Both the position numbers and the translations under genes were made by a program. Below, one piece after another: positions 7,900 through 24,500 of a DNA stretch of 64,000 nucleotides (position 1 is the stretch's first letter; the number at the start of each line of letters is the position of its first letter). The DNA is from Eledone cirrhosa (taxonomy: Eukaryota): positions 236,716,001 through 236,780,000 of the forward strand of contig OZ024741.1 of the NCBI GenBank assembly GCA_964016885.1, given 5' to 3'. The notes beneath the pieces are model-generated. The model was not told where the DNA came from and made no database searches. It was given only the letters and a program-made list of their open reading frames with translations.

Positions 7900-10800
7900 A
7901 CACACTTGATTCACTGCTATGTAGTCAATAGTATAACTGTTAACTCTACACAATTGATTCACTGCTATGTAGTCAATAGTATGACTGTTAACACACACAC
8001 AGTTAATTCACTGCTGCTATGTAGTCAATAGTATGACTGTTAACACACACACACTTGATTCACTGCTATGTAGTCAATAGTATGACTGTTAACAGACACA
8101 CACTTGATTCACTGCTATGAGGTCAATAGTATGACTGTTAACTCTACACACTTGATTCACTGCTATGTAGTCAATAGTATGACTGTTAACTCTACACACT
8201 TGATTCAATGCTATGTATTCAATAGTATGACTGTTAACACACATACACTTGATTCACTGCTATGTAGTCAATTGTATGACTGTTAACACACACACACTTG
8301 ATTCACTTCTATGTAGTCAATAGTATGATTGTTAACACACACACCCTTGATTCACTGCTATGTCGTCAATAGTATGACTGTTAAGTCTACATACAGGATT
8401 CACTGCTATGTAGTCGATAGTATGACTGTTAACACGCACACACTTGATTCACTGCTATGTAGTCAATAGTATGACTGTTAACTCTACACACACTTGATTC
8501 ACTGCTATGTAGTCAATAGAATGACTGTTAACTCTACACACTTGATTCACTGCTATGTAGTCAATAGTATGACTTTAACTCTACACACTTGATTCACTGC
8601 TATGTAGTCAATAGTATGACTGTTAACACTACACACGTGATTCACTGCTATGTAGTCAATAGTATGACTGTTAACACTACACACGTGATTCACTGCTATG
8701 TAGTCAATAGTATGACTGTTAACTCTACACACTTGATTCACTGCTATGTAGTCAATAGTATGACAGTTAACACAAACACTTGATTCACTGCTATGTAGCC
8801 AATAAGATGACTGTTAAGTCTACATACAGGATTCACTGCTATGTAGTCGATAGTATGACTGTTAACGCGCACACACTTGATTCACTGCTATGTAGTCAAA
8901 CGTATGACTGTTAACTCTACACACACTTGATTCACTGCTATGTAGTCAATAGAATGACTGTTAACTCTACACACTTGATTCACTGCTATGTAGTCAATAG
9001 TATGACTGTTAACTCTACACACTTGATTCACTGCTATGTAGTCAATAGTATGACTGTTAACACTACACACGTGATTCACTGCTATGTAGTTAATAGTATG
9101 ACTGTTAACACTACACACGTGATTCACTGCTATGTAGTCAATAGTATGACTGTTAACTCTACACACTTGATTCACTGCTATGTAGTCAATAGTATGACTG
9201 TTAACACAAACACTTGATTCACTGCTATGTAGTCAATAAGATGACTGTTAACACACACACACACTTTATTCACTGCTATGTAGTCAATAGTATGACTGTT
9301 AACACACACACACACTTGATTCACTGCTATGTAGTCAATAGTATGACTGTTAACACACTCACACTTGATTCACTGCTATGTAGTCAATAGTATGACTGTT
9401 AACGCTACACACTTGATTCACTGCTATATAGTCAATAGTATAACTGTTAACTCTACACACTTGATTCACTGCTATGAAGTCAATAGTATGACTGTTAACA
9501 CACACACACTTGATTCACTGCTATGTAGTCAATAGTATGACTGTTAACTCACACAGACTTAATTCTGTGCTATGTAGTCAATATTATGATTGTTAACTCT
9601 ACACACGTGATTCACTGCTATTTAGTCAATAGTATGACTGTTAACACACACACAGCTGATTCACTGCTATGTAGTCAATAGTATGACTGTTAACACACAC
9701 ACACACTTGATTCACTGCTATGTAGTCAATAGTATGACTGTTAACACGCACAGTTGATTCACTGCTATGTAGTCAATAGTATGACTGTTAACACACACAC
9801 ACTTGATTCACTGCTATGTAGTCAATAGTATGACTGTTAACTCTACAGACTTGATTCACTGCTATGTAGTCAATAGTATGACTGTTAACACACACACAGC
9901 TGATTCACTGCTATGTAGTCAATAGTATGACTGTTAACACACACACACACTTGATTCACTGCTATGTAGTCAATAGTATGACTGTTAACACACACACACC
10001 TGATTCACTGCTATGTAGTCAATAGTATGACTGTTAACACACACACACCTGATTCACTGCTATGTAGTCAATAGAATGACTGTTAACAGACACACGCTTG
10101 ATTCACTGCTATGTAGTCAATAGTATGACTGTTAACACACACACACCTGATTCACTGCTATGTAGTCAATAGTATGACTGTTAACTCTACACACTTGATT
10201 CACTGCTATGTAGTCAATAGTATGAATGGTAACTCTACACACTTGATTCACTGCTATGTAGTCAATAGTATGACTGTTAACACACACACAGTTAATTCAC
10301 TGCTGCTATGTAGTCAATAGTATAACTGTTAACACACACACACTTGATTCACTGCTATGTAGTCAATAGTATGACTGTTAACAGACACACACTTGATTCA
10401 CTGCTATGGGGTCAATAGTATGACTGTTAACTCTACACACTTGATTCACTGCTATGTAGTCAATAGTATGACTGTTAACTCTACACACTTGATTCAATGC
10501 TATGTATTCAATAGTATGACTGTTAACACACATACACTTGATTCACTGCTATGTAGTCAATTGTATGACTGTTAACACACACACACTTGATTCACTTCTA
10601 TGTAGTCAATAGTATGATTGTTAACACACACACCCTTGATTCACTGCTATGTCGTCAATAGTATGACTGTTAAGTCTACATACAGGATTCACTGCTATGT
10701 AGTCGATAGTATGACTGTTAACACGCACACACTTGATTCACTGCTATGTAGTCAATAGTATGACTGTTAACTCTACACACACTTGATTCACTGCTATGTA

Positions 10801-13800
10801 GTCAATAGAATGACTGTTAACTCTACACACTTGATTCACTGCTATGTAGTCAATAGTATGACTGTTAACTCTACACACTTGATTCACTGCTATGTAGTCA
10901 ATAGTATGACTGTTAACACTACACACGTGATTCACTGCTATGTAGTCAATAGTATGACTGTTAACACTACACACGTGATTCACTGCTATGTAGTCAATAG
11001 TATGACTGTTAACTCTACACACTTGATTCACTGCTATGTAGTCAATAGTATGACTGTTAACACAAACACTTGATTCACTGCTATGTAGTCAATAAGATGA
11101 CTGTTAAGTCTACATACAGGATTCACTGCTATGTAGTCGATAGTATGACTGTTAACGCGCACACACTTGATTCACTGCTATGTAGTCAATAGTATGACTG
11201 TTAACTCTACACACACTTGATTCACTGCTATGTAGTCAATAGAATGACTGTTAACTCTACACACTTGATTCACTGCTATGTAGTCAATAGTATGACTGTT
11301 AACTCTACACACTTGATTCACTGCTATGTAGTCAATAGTATGACTGTTAACACTACACACGTGATTCACTGCTATGTAGTTAATAGTATGACTGTTAACA
11401 CTACACACGTGATTCACTGCTATGTAGTCAATAGTATGACTGTTAACTCTACACACTTGATTCACTGCTATGTAGTCAATAGTATGACTGTTAACACAAA
11501 CACTTGATTCACTGCTATGTAGTCAATAAGATGACTGTTAACACACACACACACTTGATTCACTGCTATGTAGTCAATAGTATGACTGTTAACACACACA
11601 CACACTTGATTCACTGCTATGTAGTCAATAGTATGACTGTTAACACACACACACTTGATTCACTGCTATGTAGTCAATAGTATGACTGTTAACGCTACAC
11701 ACTTGATTCACTGCTATGTAGTCAATAGTATAACTGTTAACTCTACACACTTGATTCACTGCTATGAAGTCAATAGTATGACTGTTAACACACAAACACT
11801 TGATTCACTGCTATGTAATCAATAGTATGACTGTTAACTCACACAGACTTCATTCTGTGCTATGTAGTCAATATTATGATTGTTAACTCTACACACGTGA
11901 TTCACTGCTATTTAGTCAATAGTATGACTGTTAACACACACACAGCTGATTCACTGCTATGTAGTCAATAGTATGACTGTTAACACACACACACTTGATT
12001 CACTGCTATGTAGTCAATAGTATGACTGTTAACACGCACAGTTGATTCACTGCTATGTAGTCAATAGTATGACTGTTAACACACACACACTTGATTCACT
12101 GCTATGTAGTCAATAGTATGACTGTTAACTCTACACACTTGATTCACTGCTATGTAGTCAATAGTATGACTGTTAACACACACACGGCTGATTCACTGCT
12201 ATGTAGTCAATAGTATGACTGTTAACACACACACACACTTGATTCACTGCTATGTAGTCAATAGTATGACTGTTAACACACACACACCTCATTCACTGCT
12301 ATGTAGTCAATAGTATGACTGTTAACACACACACACCTGATTCACTGCTATGTAGTCAATAGAATGACTGTTAACAGACACACGCTTGATTCACTGCTAT
12401 GTAGTCAATAGTATGACTGTTAACACACACACACCTGATTCACTGCTATGTAGTCAATAGTATGACTGTTAACTCTACACACTTGATTCACTGCTATGTA
12501 GTCAATAGTATGAATGGTAACTCTACACACTTGATTCACTGCTATGTAGTCAATAGTATGACTGTTAACACACACACAGTTAATTCACTGCTGCTATGTA
12601 GTCAATAGTATAACTGTTAACACACACACACTTGATTCACTGCTATGTAGTCAATAGTATGACTGTTAACAGACACACACTTGATTCACTGCTATGAGGT
12701 CAATAGTATGACTGTTAACTCTACACACTTGATTCACTGCTATGTAGTCAATAGTATGACTGTTAACTCTACACACTTGATTCAATGCTATGTATTCAAT
12801 AGTATGACTGTTAACACACATACACTTGATTCACTGCTATGTAGTCAATTGTATGACTGTTAACACACACACACTTGATTCACTTCTATGTAGTCAATAG
12901 TATGATTGTTAACACACACACCCTTGATTCACTGCTATGTCGTCAATAGTATGACTGTTAAGTCTACGTACAGGATTCACTGCTATGTAGTCGATAGTAT
13001 GACTGTTAACACGCACACACTTGATTCACTGCTATGTAGTCAATAGTATGACTGTTAACTCTACACACACTTGATTCACTGCTATGTAGTCAATAGAATG
13101 ACTGTTAACTCTACACACTTGATTCACTGCTATGTAGTCAATAGTATGACTGTTAACTCTACACACTTGATTCACTGCTATGTAGTCAATAGTATGACTG
13201 TTAACACTACACACGTGATTCACTGCTATGTAGTCAATAGTATGACTGTTAACACTACACACGTGATTCACTGCTATGTAGTCAATAGTATGACTGTTAA
13301 CTCTACACACTTGATTCACTGCTATGTAGTCAATAGTATGACTGTTAACACAAACACTTGATTCACTGCTATGTAGTCAATAAGATGACTGTTAACACAC
13401 ACACACACTTGATTCACTGCTATGTAGTCAATAGTATGACTGTTAACACAAACACTTGATTCACTGCTATGTAGTCAATAAGATGACTGTTAACACACAC
13501 ACACACTTGATTCACTGCTATGTAGTCAATAGTATGACTGTTAACACACACACACACTTGATTCACTGCTATGTAGTCAATAGTATGACTGTTAACACAC
13601 TCACACTTGATTCACTGCTATGTAGTCAATAGTATGACTGTTAACGCTACACACTTGATTCACTGCTATGTAGTCAATAGTATAACTGTTAACTCTACAC
13701 ACTTGATTCAGTGCTATGAAGTCAATAGTATGACTGTTAACACACACACACTTGATTCACTGCTATGTAGTCAATAGTATGACTGTTAACTCACACAGAC

Positions 13801-16800
13801 TTAATTCTGTGCTATGTAGTCAATATTATGATTGTTAACTCTACACACGTGATTCACTGCTATTTAGTCAATAGTATGACTGTTAACACACACACAGCTG
13901 ATTCACTGCTATGTAGTCAATAGTATGACTGTTAACACACACACACACTTGATTCACTGCTATGTAGTCAATAGTATGACTGTTAACACGCACAGTTGAT
14001 TCACTGCTATGTAGTCAATAGTATGACTGTTAACACACACACACTTGATTCACTGCTATGTAGTCAATAGTATGACTGTTAACTCTACACACTTGATTCA
14101 CTGCTATGTAGTCAATAGTATGACTGTTAACACACACACAGCTGATTCACTGCTATGTAGTCAATAGTATGACTGTTAACACACACACACACTTGATTCA
14201 CTGCTATGTAGTCAATAGTATGACTGTTAACACACACACACACCTGATTCACTGCTATGTAGTCAATAGTATGACTGTTAACACACACACACCTGATTCA
14301 CTGCTATGTAGTCAATAGAATGACTGTTAACAGACACACGCTTGATTCACTGCTATGTAGTCAATAGTATGACTGTTAACACACACACACCTGATTCACT
14401 GCTATGTAGTCAATAGTATGACTGTTAACTCTACACACTTGATTCACTGCTATGTAGTCAATAGTATGAATGGTAGCTCTACACACTTGATTCACTGCTA
14501 TGTAGTCAATAGTATGACTGTTAACACACACACAGTTAATTCACTGCTGCTATGTAGTCAATAGTATAACTGTTAACACACACACACTTGATTCACTGCT
14601 ATGTAGTCAATAGTATGACTGTTAACAGACACACACTTGATTCACTGCTATGAGGTTAATAGTATGACTGTTAACTCTACACACTTGATTCACTGCTATG
14701 TAGTCAATAGTATGACTGTTAACTCTACACACTTGATTCAATGCTATGTATTCAATAGTATGACTGTTAACACACATACACTTGATTCACTGCTATGTAG
14801 TCAATTGTATGACTGTTAACACACACACACTTGATTCACTTCTATGTAGTCAATAGTATGATTGTTAACACACACACCCTTGATTCACTGCTATGTCGTC
14901 AATAGTATGACTGTTAAGTCTACATACAGGATTCACTGCTATGTAGTCGATAGTATGACTGTTAACACGCACACACTTGATTCACTGCTATGTAGTCAAT
15001 AGTATGACTGTTAACTCTACACACACTTGATTCACTGCTATGTAGTCAATAGAATGACTGTTAACTCTACACACTTGATTCACTGCTATGTAGTCAATAG
15101 TATGACTGTTAACTCTACACACTTGATTCACTGCTATGTAGTCAATAGTATGACTGTTAACACTACACATGTGATTCACTGCTATGTAGTTAATAGTATG
15201 ACTGTTAACACTACACACGTGATTCACTGCTATGTAGTCAATAGTATGACTGTTAACTCTACACACTTGATTCACTGCTATGTAGTCAATAGTATGACTG
15301 TTAACACAAACACTTGATTCACTGCTATGTAGTCAATAAGATGACTGTTAACACACACACACACTTGATTCACTGCTATGTAGTCAATAGTATGACTGTT
15401 AACACAAACACTTGATTCACTGCTATGTAGTCAATAAGATGACTGTTAACACACACACACACTTGATTCACTGCTATGTAGTCAATAGTATGACTGTTAA
15501 CACACACACACACTTGATTCACTGCTATGTAGTCAATAGTATGACTGTTAACACACTCACACTTGATTCACTGCTATGTAGTCAATAGTATGACTGTTAA
15601 CGCTACACACTTGATTCACTGCTATGTAGTCAATAGTATAACTGTTAACTCTACACACTTGATTCACTGCTATGAAGTCAATAGTATGACTGTTAACACA
15701 CACACACTTGATTCACTGCTATGTAGTCAATAGTATGACTGTTAACTCACACAGACTTAATTCTGTGCTATGTAGTCAATATTATGATTGTTAACTCTAC
15801 ACACGTGATTCACTGCTATTTAGTCAATAGTATGACTGTTAACACACACACAGCTGATTCACTGCTATGTAGTCAATAGTATGACTGTTAACACACACAC
15901 ACACTTGATTCACTGCTATGTAGTCAATAGTATGACTGTTAACACGCACAGTTGATTCACTGCTATGTAGTCAATAGTATGACTGTTAACACACACACAC
16001 TTGATTCACTGCTATGTAGTCAATAGTATGACTGTTAACTCTACACACTTGATTCACTGCTATGTAGTCAATAGTATGACTGTTAACACACACACAGCTG
16101 ATTCACTGCTATGTAGTCAATAGTATGACTGTTAACACACACACACACTTGATTCACTGCTATGTAGTCAATAGTATGACTGTTAACACACACACACACC
16201 TGATTCACTGCTATGTAGTCAATAGTATGACTGTTAACACACACACACCTGATTCACTGCTATGTAGTCAATAGAATGACTGTTAACAGACACACGCTTG
16301 ATTCACTGCTATGTAGTCAATAGTATGACTGTTAACACACACACACCTGATTAACTGCTATGTAGTCAATAGTATGACTGTTAACTCTACACACTTGATT
16401 CACTGCTATGTAGTCAATAGTATGAATGGTAGCTCTACACACTTGATTCACTGCTATGTAGTCAATAGTATGACTGTTAACACACACACAGTTAATTCAC
16501 TGCTGCTATGTAGTCAATAGTATAACTGTTAACACACACACACACTTGATTCACTGCTATGTAGTCAATAGTATGACTGTTAACAGACACACACTTGATT
16601 CACTGCTATGAGGTCAATAGTATGACTGTTAACTCTACACACTTGATTCACTGCTATGTAGTCAATAGTATGACTGTTAACTCTACACACTTGATTCAAT
16701 GCTATGTATTCAATAGTATGACTGTTAACACACATACACTTGATTCACTGCTATGTAGTCAATTGTATGACTGTTAACACACACACACTTGATTCACTTC

Positions 16801-19800
16801 TATGTAGTCAATAGTATGATTGTTAACACACACACCCTTGATTCACTGCTATGTCGTCAATAGTATGACTGTTAAGTCTACATACAGGATTCACTGCTAT
16901 GTAGTCGATAGTATGACTGTTAACACGCACATACTTGATTCACTGCTATGTAGTCAATAGTATGACTGTTAACTCTACACACACTTGATTCACTGCTATG
17001 TAGTCAATAGAATGACTGTTAACTCTACACACTTGATTCACTGCTATGTAGTCAATAGTATGACTGTTAACTCTACACACTTGATTCACTGCTATGTAGT
17101 CAATAGTATGACTGTTAACACTACACACGTGATTCACTGCTATGTAGTCAATAGTATGACTGTTAACACTACACACGTGATTCAATGCTATGTAGCCAAT
17201 AGTATGACTGTTAACTCTACACACTTGATTCACTGCTATGTAGTCAATAGTATGACTGTTAACACAAACACTTGATTCACTGCTATGTAGTCAATAAGAT
17301 GACTGTTAAGTCTACATACAGGATTCACTGCTATGTAGTCGATAGTATGACTGTTAACGCGCACACACTTGATTCACTGCTATGTAGTCAATAGTATGAC
17401 TGTTAACTCTACACACAATTGATTCACTGCTATGTAGTCAATAGAATGACTGTTAACTCTACACACTTGATTCACTGCTATGTAGTCAATAGTATGACTG
17501 TTAACACTACACACGTGATTCACTGCTATGTAGTTAATAGTATGACTGTTAACACTACACACGTGATTCACTGCTATGTAGTCAATAGTATGACTGTTAA
17601 CTCTACACACTTGATTCACTGCTATGTAGTCAATAGTATGACTGTTAACACAAACACTTGATTCACTGCTATGTAGTCAATAAGATGACTGTTAACACAC
17701 GCACACACTTGATTCACTGCTATGTAGTCAATAGTATGACTGTTAACACACACACACACTTGATTCACTGCTATGTAGTCAATAGTATGACTGTTAACAC
17801 ACACACACTTGATTCACTGCTATGTAGTCAATAGTATGACTGTTAACGCTACACACTTGATTCACTGCTATGTAGTCAATAGTATAACTGTTAACTCTAC
17901 ACACTTGATTCACTGCTATGAAGTCAATAGTATGACTGTTAACACACAAACACTTGATTCACTGCTATGTAGTCAATAGTATGACTGTTAACTCACACAG
18001 ACTTCATTCTGTGCTATGTAGTCAATATTATGATTGTTAACTCTACACACGTGATTCACTGCTATTTAGTCAATAGTATGACTGTTAACACACACACAGC
18101 TGATTCACTGCTATGTAGTCAATAGTATGACTGTTAACACACACACACTTGATTCACTGCTATGTAGTCAATAGTATGACTGTTAACACGCACAGTTGAT
18201 TCACTGCTATGTAGTCAATAGTATGACTGTTAACACACACACACTTGATTCACTGCTATGTAGTCAATAGTATGACTGTTAACTCTACACACTTGATTCA
18301 CTGCTATGTAGTCAATAGTATGACTGTTAACACACACACAGCTGATTCACTGCTATGTAGTCAATAGTATGACTGTTAACACACACACACACTTGATTCA
18401 CTGCTATGTAGTCAATAGTATGACTGTTAACACACACACACCTCATTCACTGCTATGTAGTCAATAGTATGACTGTTAACACACACACACCTGATTCACT
18501 GCTATGTAGTCAATAGAATGACTGTTAACAGACACACGCTTGATTCACTGCTATGTAGTCAATAGTATGACTGTTAACACACACACACCTGATTCACTGC
18601 TATGTAGTCAATAGTATGACTGTTAACTCTACACACTTGATTCACTGCTATGTAGTCAATAGTATGAATGGTAACTCTACACACTTAATTCACTGCTATG
18701 TAGTCAATAGTATGACTGTTAACACACACACAGTTAATTCACTGCTGCTATGTAGTCAATAGTATAACTGTTAACACACACACACTTGATTCACTGCTAT
18801 GTAGTCAATAGTATGACTGTTAACAGACACACACTTGATTCACTGCTATGAGGTCAATAGTATGACTGTTAACTCTACACACTTGATTCACTGCTATGTA
18901 GTCAATAGTATGACTGTTAACTCTACACACTTGATTCAATGCTATGTATTCAATAGTATGACTGTTAACACACATACACTTGATTCACTGCTATGTAGTC
19001 AATTGTATTACTGTTAACACACACACACTTGATTCACTTCTATGTAGTCAATTGTATGATTGTTAACACACACACCCTTGATTCACTGCTATGTCGTCAA
19101 TAGTATGACTGTTAAGTCTACATACAGGATTCACTGCTATGTAGTCGATAGTATGACTGTTAACACGCACACACTTGATTCACTGCTATGTACTCAATAG
19201 AATGACTGTTAACTCTACACACTTGATTCACTGCTATGTAGTCAATAGTATGACTGTTAACTCTACACACTTGATTCACTGCTATGTAGTCAATAGTATG
19301 ACTGTTAACACTACACACGTGATTCACTGCTATGTAGTCAATAGTATGACTGTTAACACTACACACGTGATTCACTGCTATGTAGTCAATAGTATGACTG
19401 TTAACTCTACACACTTGATTCACTGCTATGTAGTCAATAGTATGACTGTTAACACAAACACTTGATTCACTGCTATGTAGTCAATAAGATGACTGTTAAG
19501 TCTACATACAGGATTCACTGCTATGTAGTCGATAGTATGACTGTTAACGCGCACACACTTGATTCACTGCTATGTAGTCAATAGTATGACTGTTAACTCT
19601 ACACACACTTGCTTCACTGCTATGTAGTCAATAGAATGACTGTTAACTCTACACACTTGATTCACTGCTATGTAGTCAATAGTATGACTGTTAACTCTAC
19701 ACACTTGATTCACTGCTATGTAGTCAATAGTATGACTGTTAACAGACACACACTTGATTCACTGCTATGAGGTCAATAGTATGACTGTTAACTCTACACA

Positions 19801-21550
19801 CTTGATTCACTGCTATGTAGTCAATAGTATGACTGTTAACTCTACACACTTGATTCAATGCTATGTATTCAATAGTATGACTGTTAACACACATACACTT
19901 GATTCACTGCTATGTAGTCAATTGTATTACTGTTAACACACACACACTTGATTCACTTCTATGTAGTCAATTGTATGATTGTTAACACACACACCCTTGA
20001 TTCACTGCTATGTCGTCAATAGTATGACTGTTAAGTCTACATACAGGATTCACTGCTATGTAGTCGATAGTATGACTGTTAACACGCACACACTTGATTC
20101 ACTGCTATGTAGTCAATAGAATGACTGTTAACTCTACACACTTGATTCACTGCTATGTAGTCAATAGTATGACTGTTAACTCTACACACTTGATTCACTG
20201 CTATGTAGTCAATAGTATGACTGTTAACACTACACACGTGATTCACTGCTATGTAGTCAATAGTATGACTGTTAACACTACACACGTGATTCACTGCTAT
20301 GTAGTCAATAGTATGACTGTTAACTCTACACACTTGATTCACTGCTATGTAGTCAATAGTATGACTGTTAACACAAACACTTGATTCACTGCTATGTAGT
20401 CAATAAGATGACTGTTAAGTCTACATACAGGATTCACTGCTATGTAGTCGATAGTATGACTGTTAACGCGCACACACTTGATTCACTGCTATGTAGTCAA
20501 TAGTATGACTGTTAACTCTACACACACTTGCTTCACTGCTATGTAGTCAATAGAATGACTGTTAACTCTACACACTTGATTCACTGCTATGTAGTCAATA
20601 GTATGACTGTTAACTCTACACACTTGATTCACTGCTATGTAGTCAATAGTATGACTGTTAACACTACACACGTGATTCACTGCTATGTAGTTAATAGTAT
20701 GACTGTTAACACTACACACGTGATTCACTGCTATGTAGTCAATAGTATGACTGTTAACTCTACACACTTGATTCACTGCTATGTAGTCAATAGTATGACT
20801 GTTAACACAAACACTTGATTCACTGCTATGTAGTCAATAAGATGACTGTTAACACACACACACACTTGATTCACTGCTATGTAGTCAATAGTATGACTGT
20901 TAACACACACACACACTTGATTCACTGCTATGTAGTCAATAGTATGACTGTTAACACACACACACTTGATTCACTGCTATGTAGTCAATAGTATGACTGT
21001 TAACGCTACACACTTGATTCACTGCTATGTAGTCAATAGTATAACTGTTAACTCTACACACTTGATTCACTGCTATGAAGTCAATAGTATGACTGTTAAC
21101 ACACACACACTTGATTCACTGCTATGTAGTCAATAGTATGACTGTTAACTCACACAGACTTCATTCTGTACTATGTAGTCAGTATTATGATTGTTAACTC
21201 TACACACGTGATTCATTGCTATTTAGTCAATAGTATGACTGTTAACACACACACAGCTGATTCACTGCTATGTAGTCAATAGTATGACTGTTAACACACA
21301 CACACACTTGATTCACTGCTATGTAGTCAATAGTATGACTGTTAACACGCACAGTTGATTCACTGCTATGTAGTCAATAGTATGACTGTTAACACACACA
21401 CACTTGATTCAGTGCTATGTAGTCAATAGTATGACTGTTAACTCTACACACTTGATTCACTGCTATGTAGTCAATAGTATGACTGTTAACACACACACAG
21501 CTGATTCACTGCTATGTAGTCAATAGTATGACTGTTAACACACACACACA
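7900..21550. repeat. Higher-order repeat domain of about 1.96-2.29 kb (about 40-47 monomers)
   Basis: The diagnostic monomer GTTAATTCACTGCTGCTATG recurs near 8002, 10291, 12579, 14535, 16491 and 18733. Matching track ORFs at 8104, 10393, 12681, 14637, 16595 and 18835 give periods of 2289, 2288, 1956, 1958 and 2240. Confidence 0.9.
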
Positions 21551-24500
21551 CTTGATTCACTGCTATGTAGTCAATAGTATGACTGTTAACACACACACAC
21601 TTGATTCATTGCTATGTATTCAATAGTATGACTGTTAACACACACACACTTGATTCACTGCTATGTAGTCAATAGTATGACTGTTAACTCTACACACACA
21701 CTTGATTCACTGTTATATCGTCAATAGTATGAATGTTAACACACACATACTTGCTTCACTGCTATGTAGTCAATAGTATGACTGATAACTCTACACACTT
21801 GATTCACTGCTATGTATTCAATAGTATGAATGTTAACACACACAGTTCATTCACTACTATGTAGTCAATAGTATGACTGTTAACTCAACACCCACTTGAT
21901 TCACTGCTATGTAGTCAATAGTATGACTGTTAACTCTACACACGTGATTCACAGCTTTGTAGTCAATAGTATGACTTAACTCTACACACTTGATTCACTG
22001 CTATGTAGTCAATTGTATGACTGTTAACACACACAGTTGATTCACTGCTCTGTAGTCAATAGTATGACTGTTAACTCTACACACGTGATTCACTGCTATG
22101 TAGTCAATAGTATGACTGTTAACACACACACACTTGATTCACTGCTATGTAGTCAATAGTATGACTGTTAACACACACATAGTTTATTCACTGCTAAGTA
22201 GTCAATAGTATGACTGTTTAATCTACACACACACACTTGATTCACTGCTATGTAGTCAATAGTATGACTGTTAACTCTACACACTTGATTCACTGCTATG
22301 TAGTTAATAGTATGACTGTTAACTCTACACACTTGATTCACTGCTATGTAGTTAATAGTATGACTGTTAACACTACACACTTGATTCACTGCTATGTAGT
22401 CAATAGTATGACTGTTAACTCTACACACTTGATTCACTGCTATGTAGTCAATAGTATGACTGTTAACACACACACACTTGATTCACTGCTATGTAGTCAA
22501 TAGTATGACTGTTAACACACACACACTTGATTCACTGCTCTGTAGTCAATAGTATGACTGTTAACTCTACACATGTGATTCACTGATATGTAGTCAATAG
22601 TATAACTGTTAACTCTACACACGTGATTCACTGCTATGTAGTCAATAGTATGACTGTTAACACACACACACTTGATTCACTGCTATGTAGTCAATATTAT
22701 GACTGTTAACACACACACACTTGATTCACTGCTATGTAGTCAATAGTATGACTGTTAACACACACACTTGATTCACTGCTATGTAGTCAATAGTATGACT
22801 GTTAACTCTACACACTTGATTCATTGCTATGTAGTCAATAGTATGACTGTTAACACTACACACGTGATTCACTGCTATGTAGTCAATAGTATGACTGTTA
22901 ACTCTACACACTTGATTCACTGCTATGTAGTCAATAGTATGTCTGTTGACTTTACACACATGATTCACTGCTATGTAGTCAATAAGATGACTGTTAACAC
23001 ACACACAATTGATTCACTGCTATGTAGTCAATAGTATGACTGTTAACAGACACACACTTGATTCACTGCTATGTAGTCAATAGAATGACTGTTAACAGAC
23101 ACACGCTTGATTCACTGCTATGTAGTCAATAGTATGACTGTTAACACACACACACCTGATTAACTGCTATGTAGTCAATAGTATGACTGTTAACTCTACA
23201 CACTTGATTCACTGCTATGTAGTCAATAGTATGAATGGTAGCTCTACACACTTGATTCACTGCTATGTAGTCAATAGTATGACTGTTAACACACACACAG
23301 TTAATTCACTGCTGCTATGTAGTCAATAGTATAACTGTTAACACACACACACACTTGATTCACTGCTATGTAGTCAATAGTATGACTGTTAACAGACACA
23401 CACTTGATTCACTGCTATGAGGTCAATAGTATGACTGTTAACTCTACACACTTGATTCACTGCTATGTAGTCAATAGTATGACTGTTAACTCTACACACT
23501 TGATTCAATGCTATGTATTCAATAGTATGACTGTTAACACACATACACTTGATTCACTGCTATGTAGTCAATTGTATGACTGTTAACACACACACACTTG
23601 ATTCACTTCTATGTAGTCAATAGTATGATTGTTAACACACACACCCTTGATTCACTGCTATGTCGTCAATAGTATGACTGTTAAGTCTACATACAGGATT
23701 CACTGCTATGTAGTCGATAGTATGACTGTTAACACGCACATACTTGATTCACTGCTATGTAGTCAATAGTATGACTGTTAACTCTACACACACTTGATTC
23801 ACTGCTATGTAGTCAATAGAATGACTGTTAACTCTACACACTTGATTCACTGCTATGTAGTCAATAGTATGACTGTTAACTCTACACACTTGATTCACTG
23901 CTATGTAGTCAATAGTATGACTGTTAACACTACACACGTGATTCACTGCTATGTAGTCAATAGTATGACTGTTAACACTACACACGTGATTCAATGCTAT
24001 GTAGCCAATAGTATGACTGTTAACTCTACACACTTGATTCACTGCTATGTAGTCAATAGTATGACTGTTAACACAAACACTTGATTCACTGCTATGTAGT
24101 CAATAAGATGACTGTTAAGTCTACATACAGGATTCACTGCTATGTAGTCGATAGTATGACTGTTAACGCGCACACACTTGATTCACTGCTATGTAGTCAA
24201 TAGTATGACTGTTAACTCTACACACAATTGATTCACTGCTATGTAGTCAATAGAATGACTGTTAACTCTACACACTTGATTCACTGCTATGTAGTCAATA
24301 GTATGACTGTTAACACTACACACGTGATTCACTGCTATGTAGTTAATAGTATGACTGTTAACACTACACACGTGATTCACTGCTATGTAGTCAATAGTAT
24401 GACTGTTAACTCTACACACTTGATTCACTGCTATGTAGTCAATAGTATGACTGTTAACACAAACACTTGATTCACTGCTATGTAGTCAATAAGATGACTG

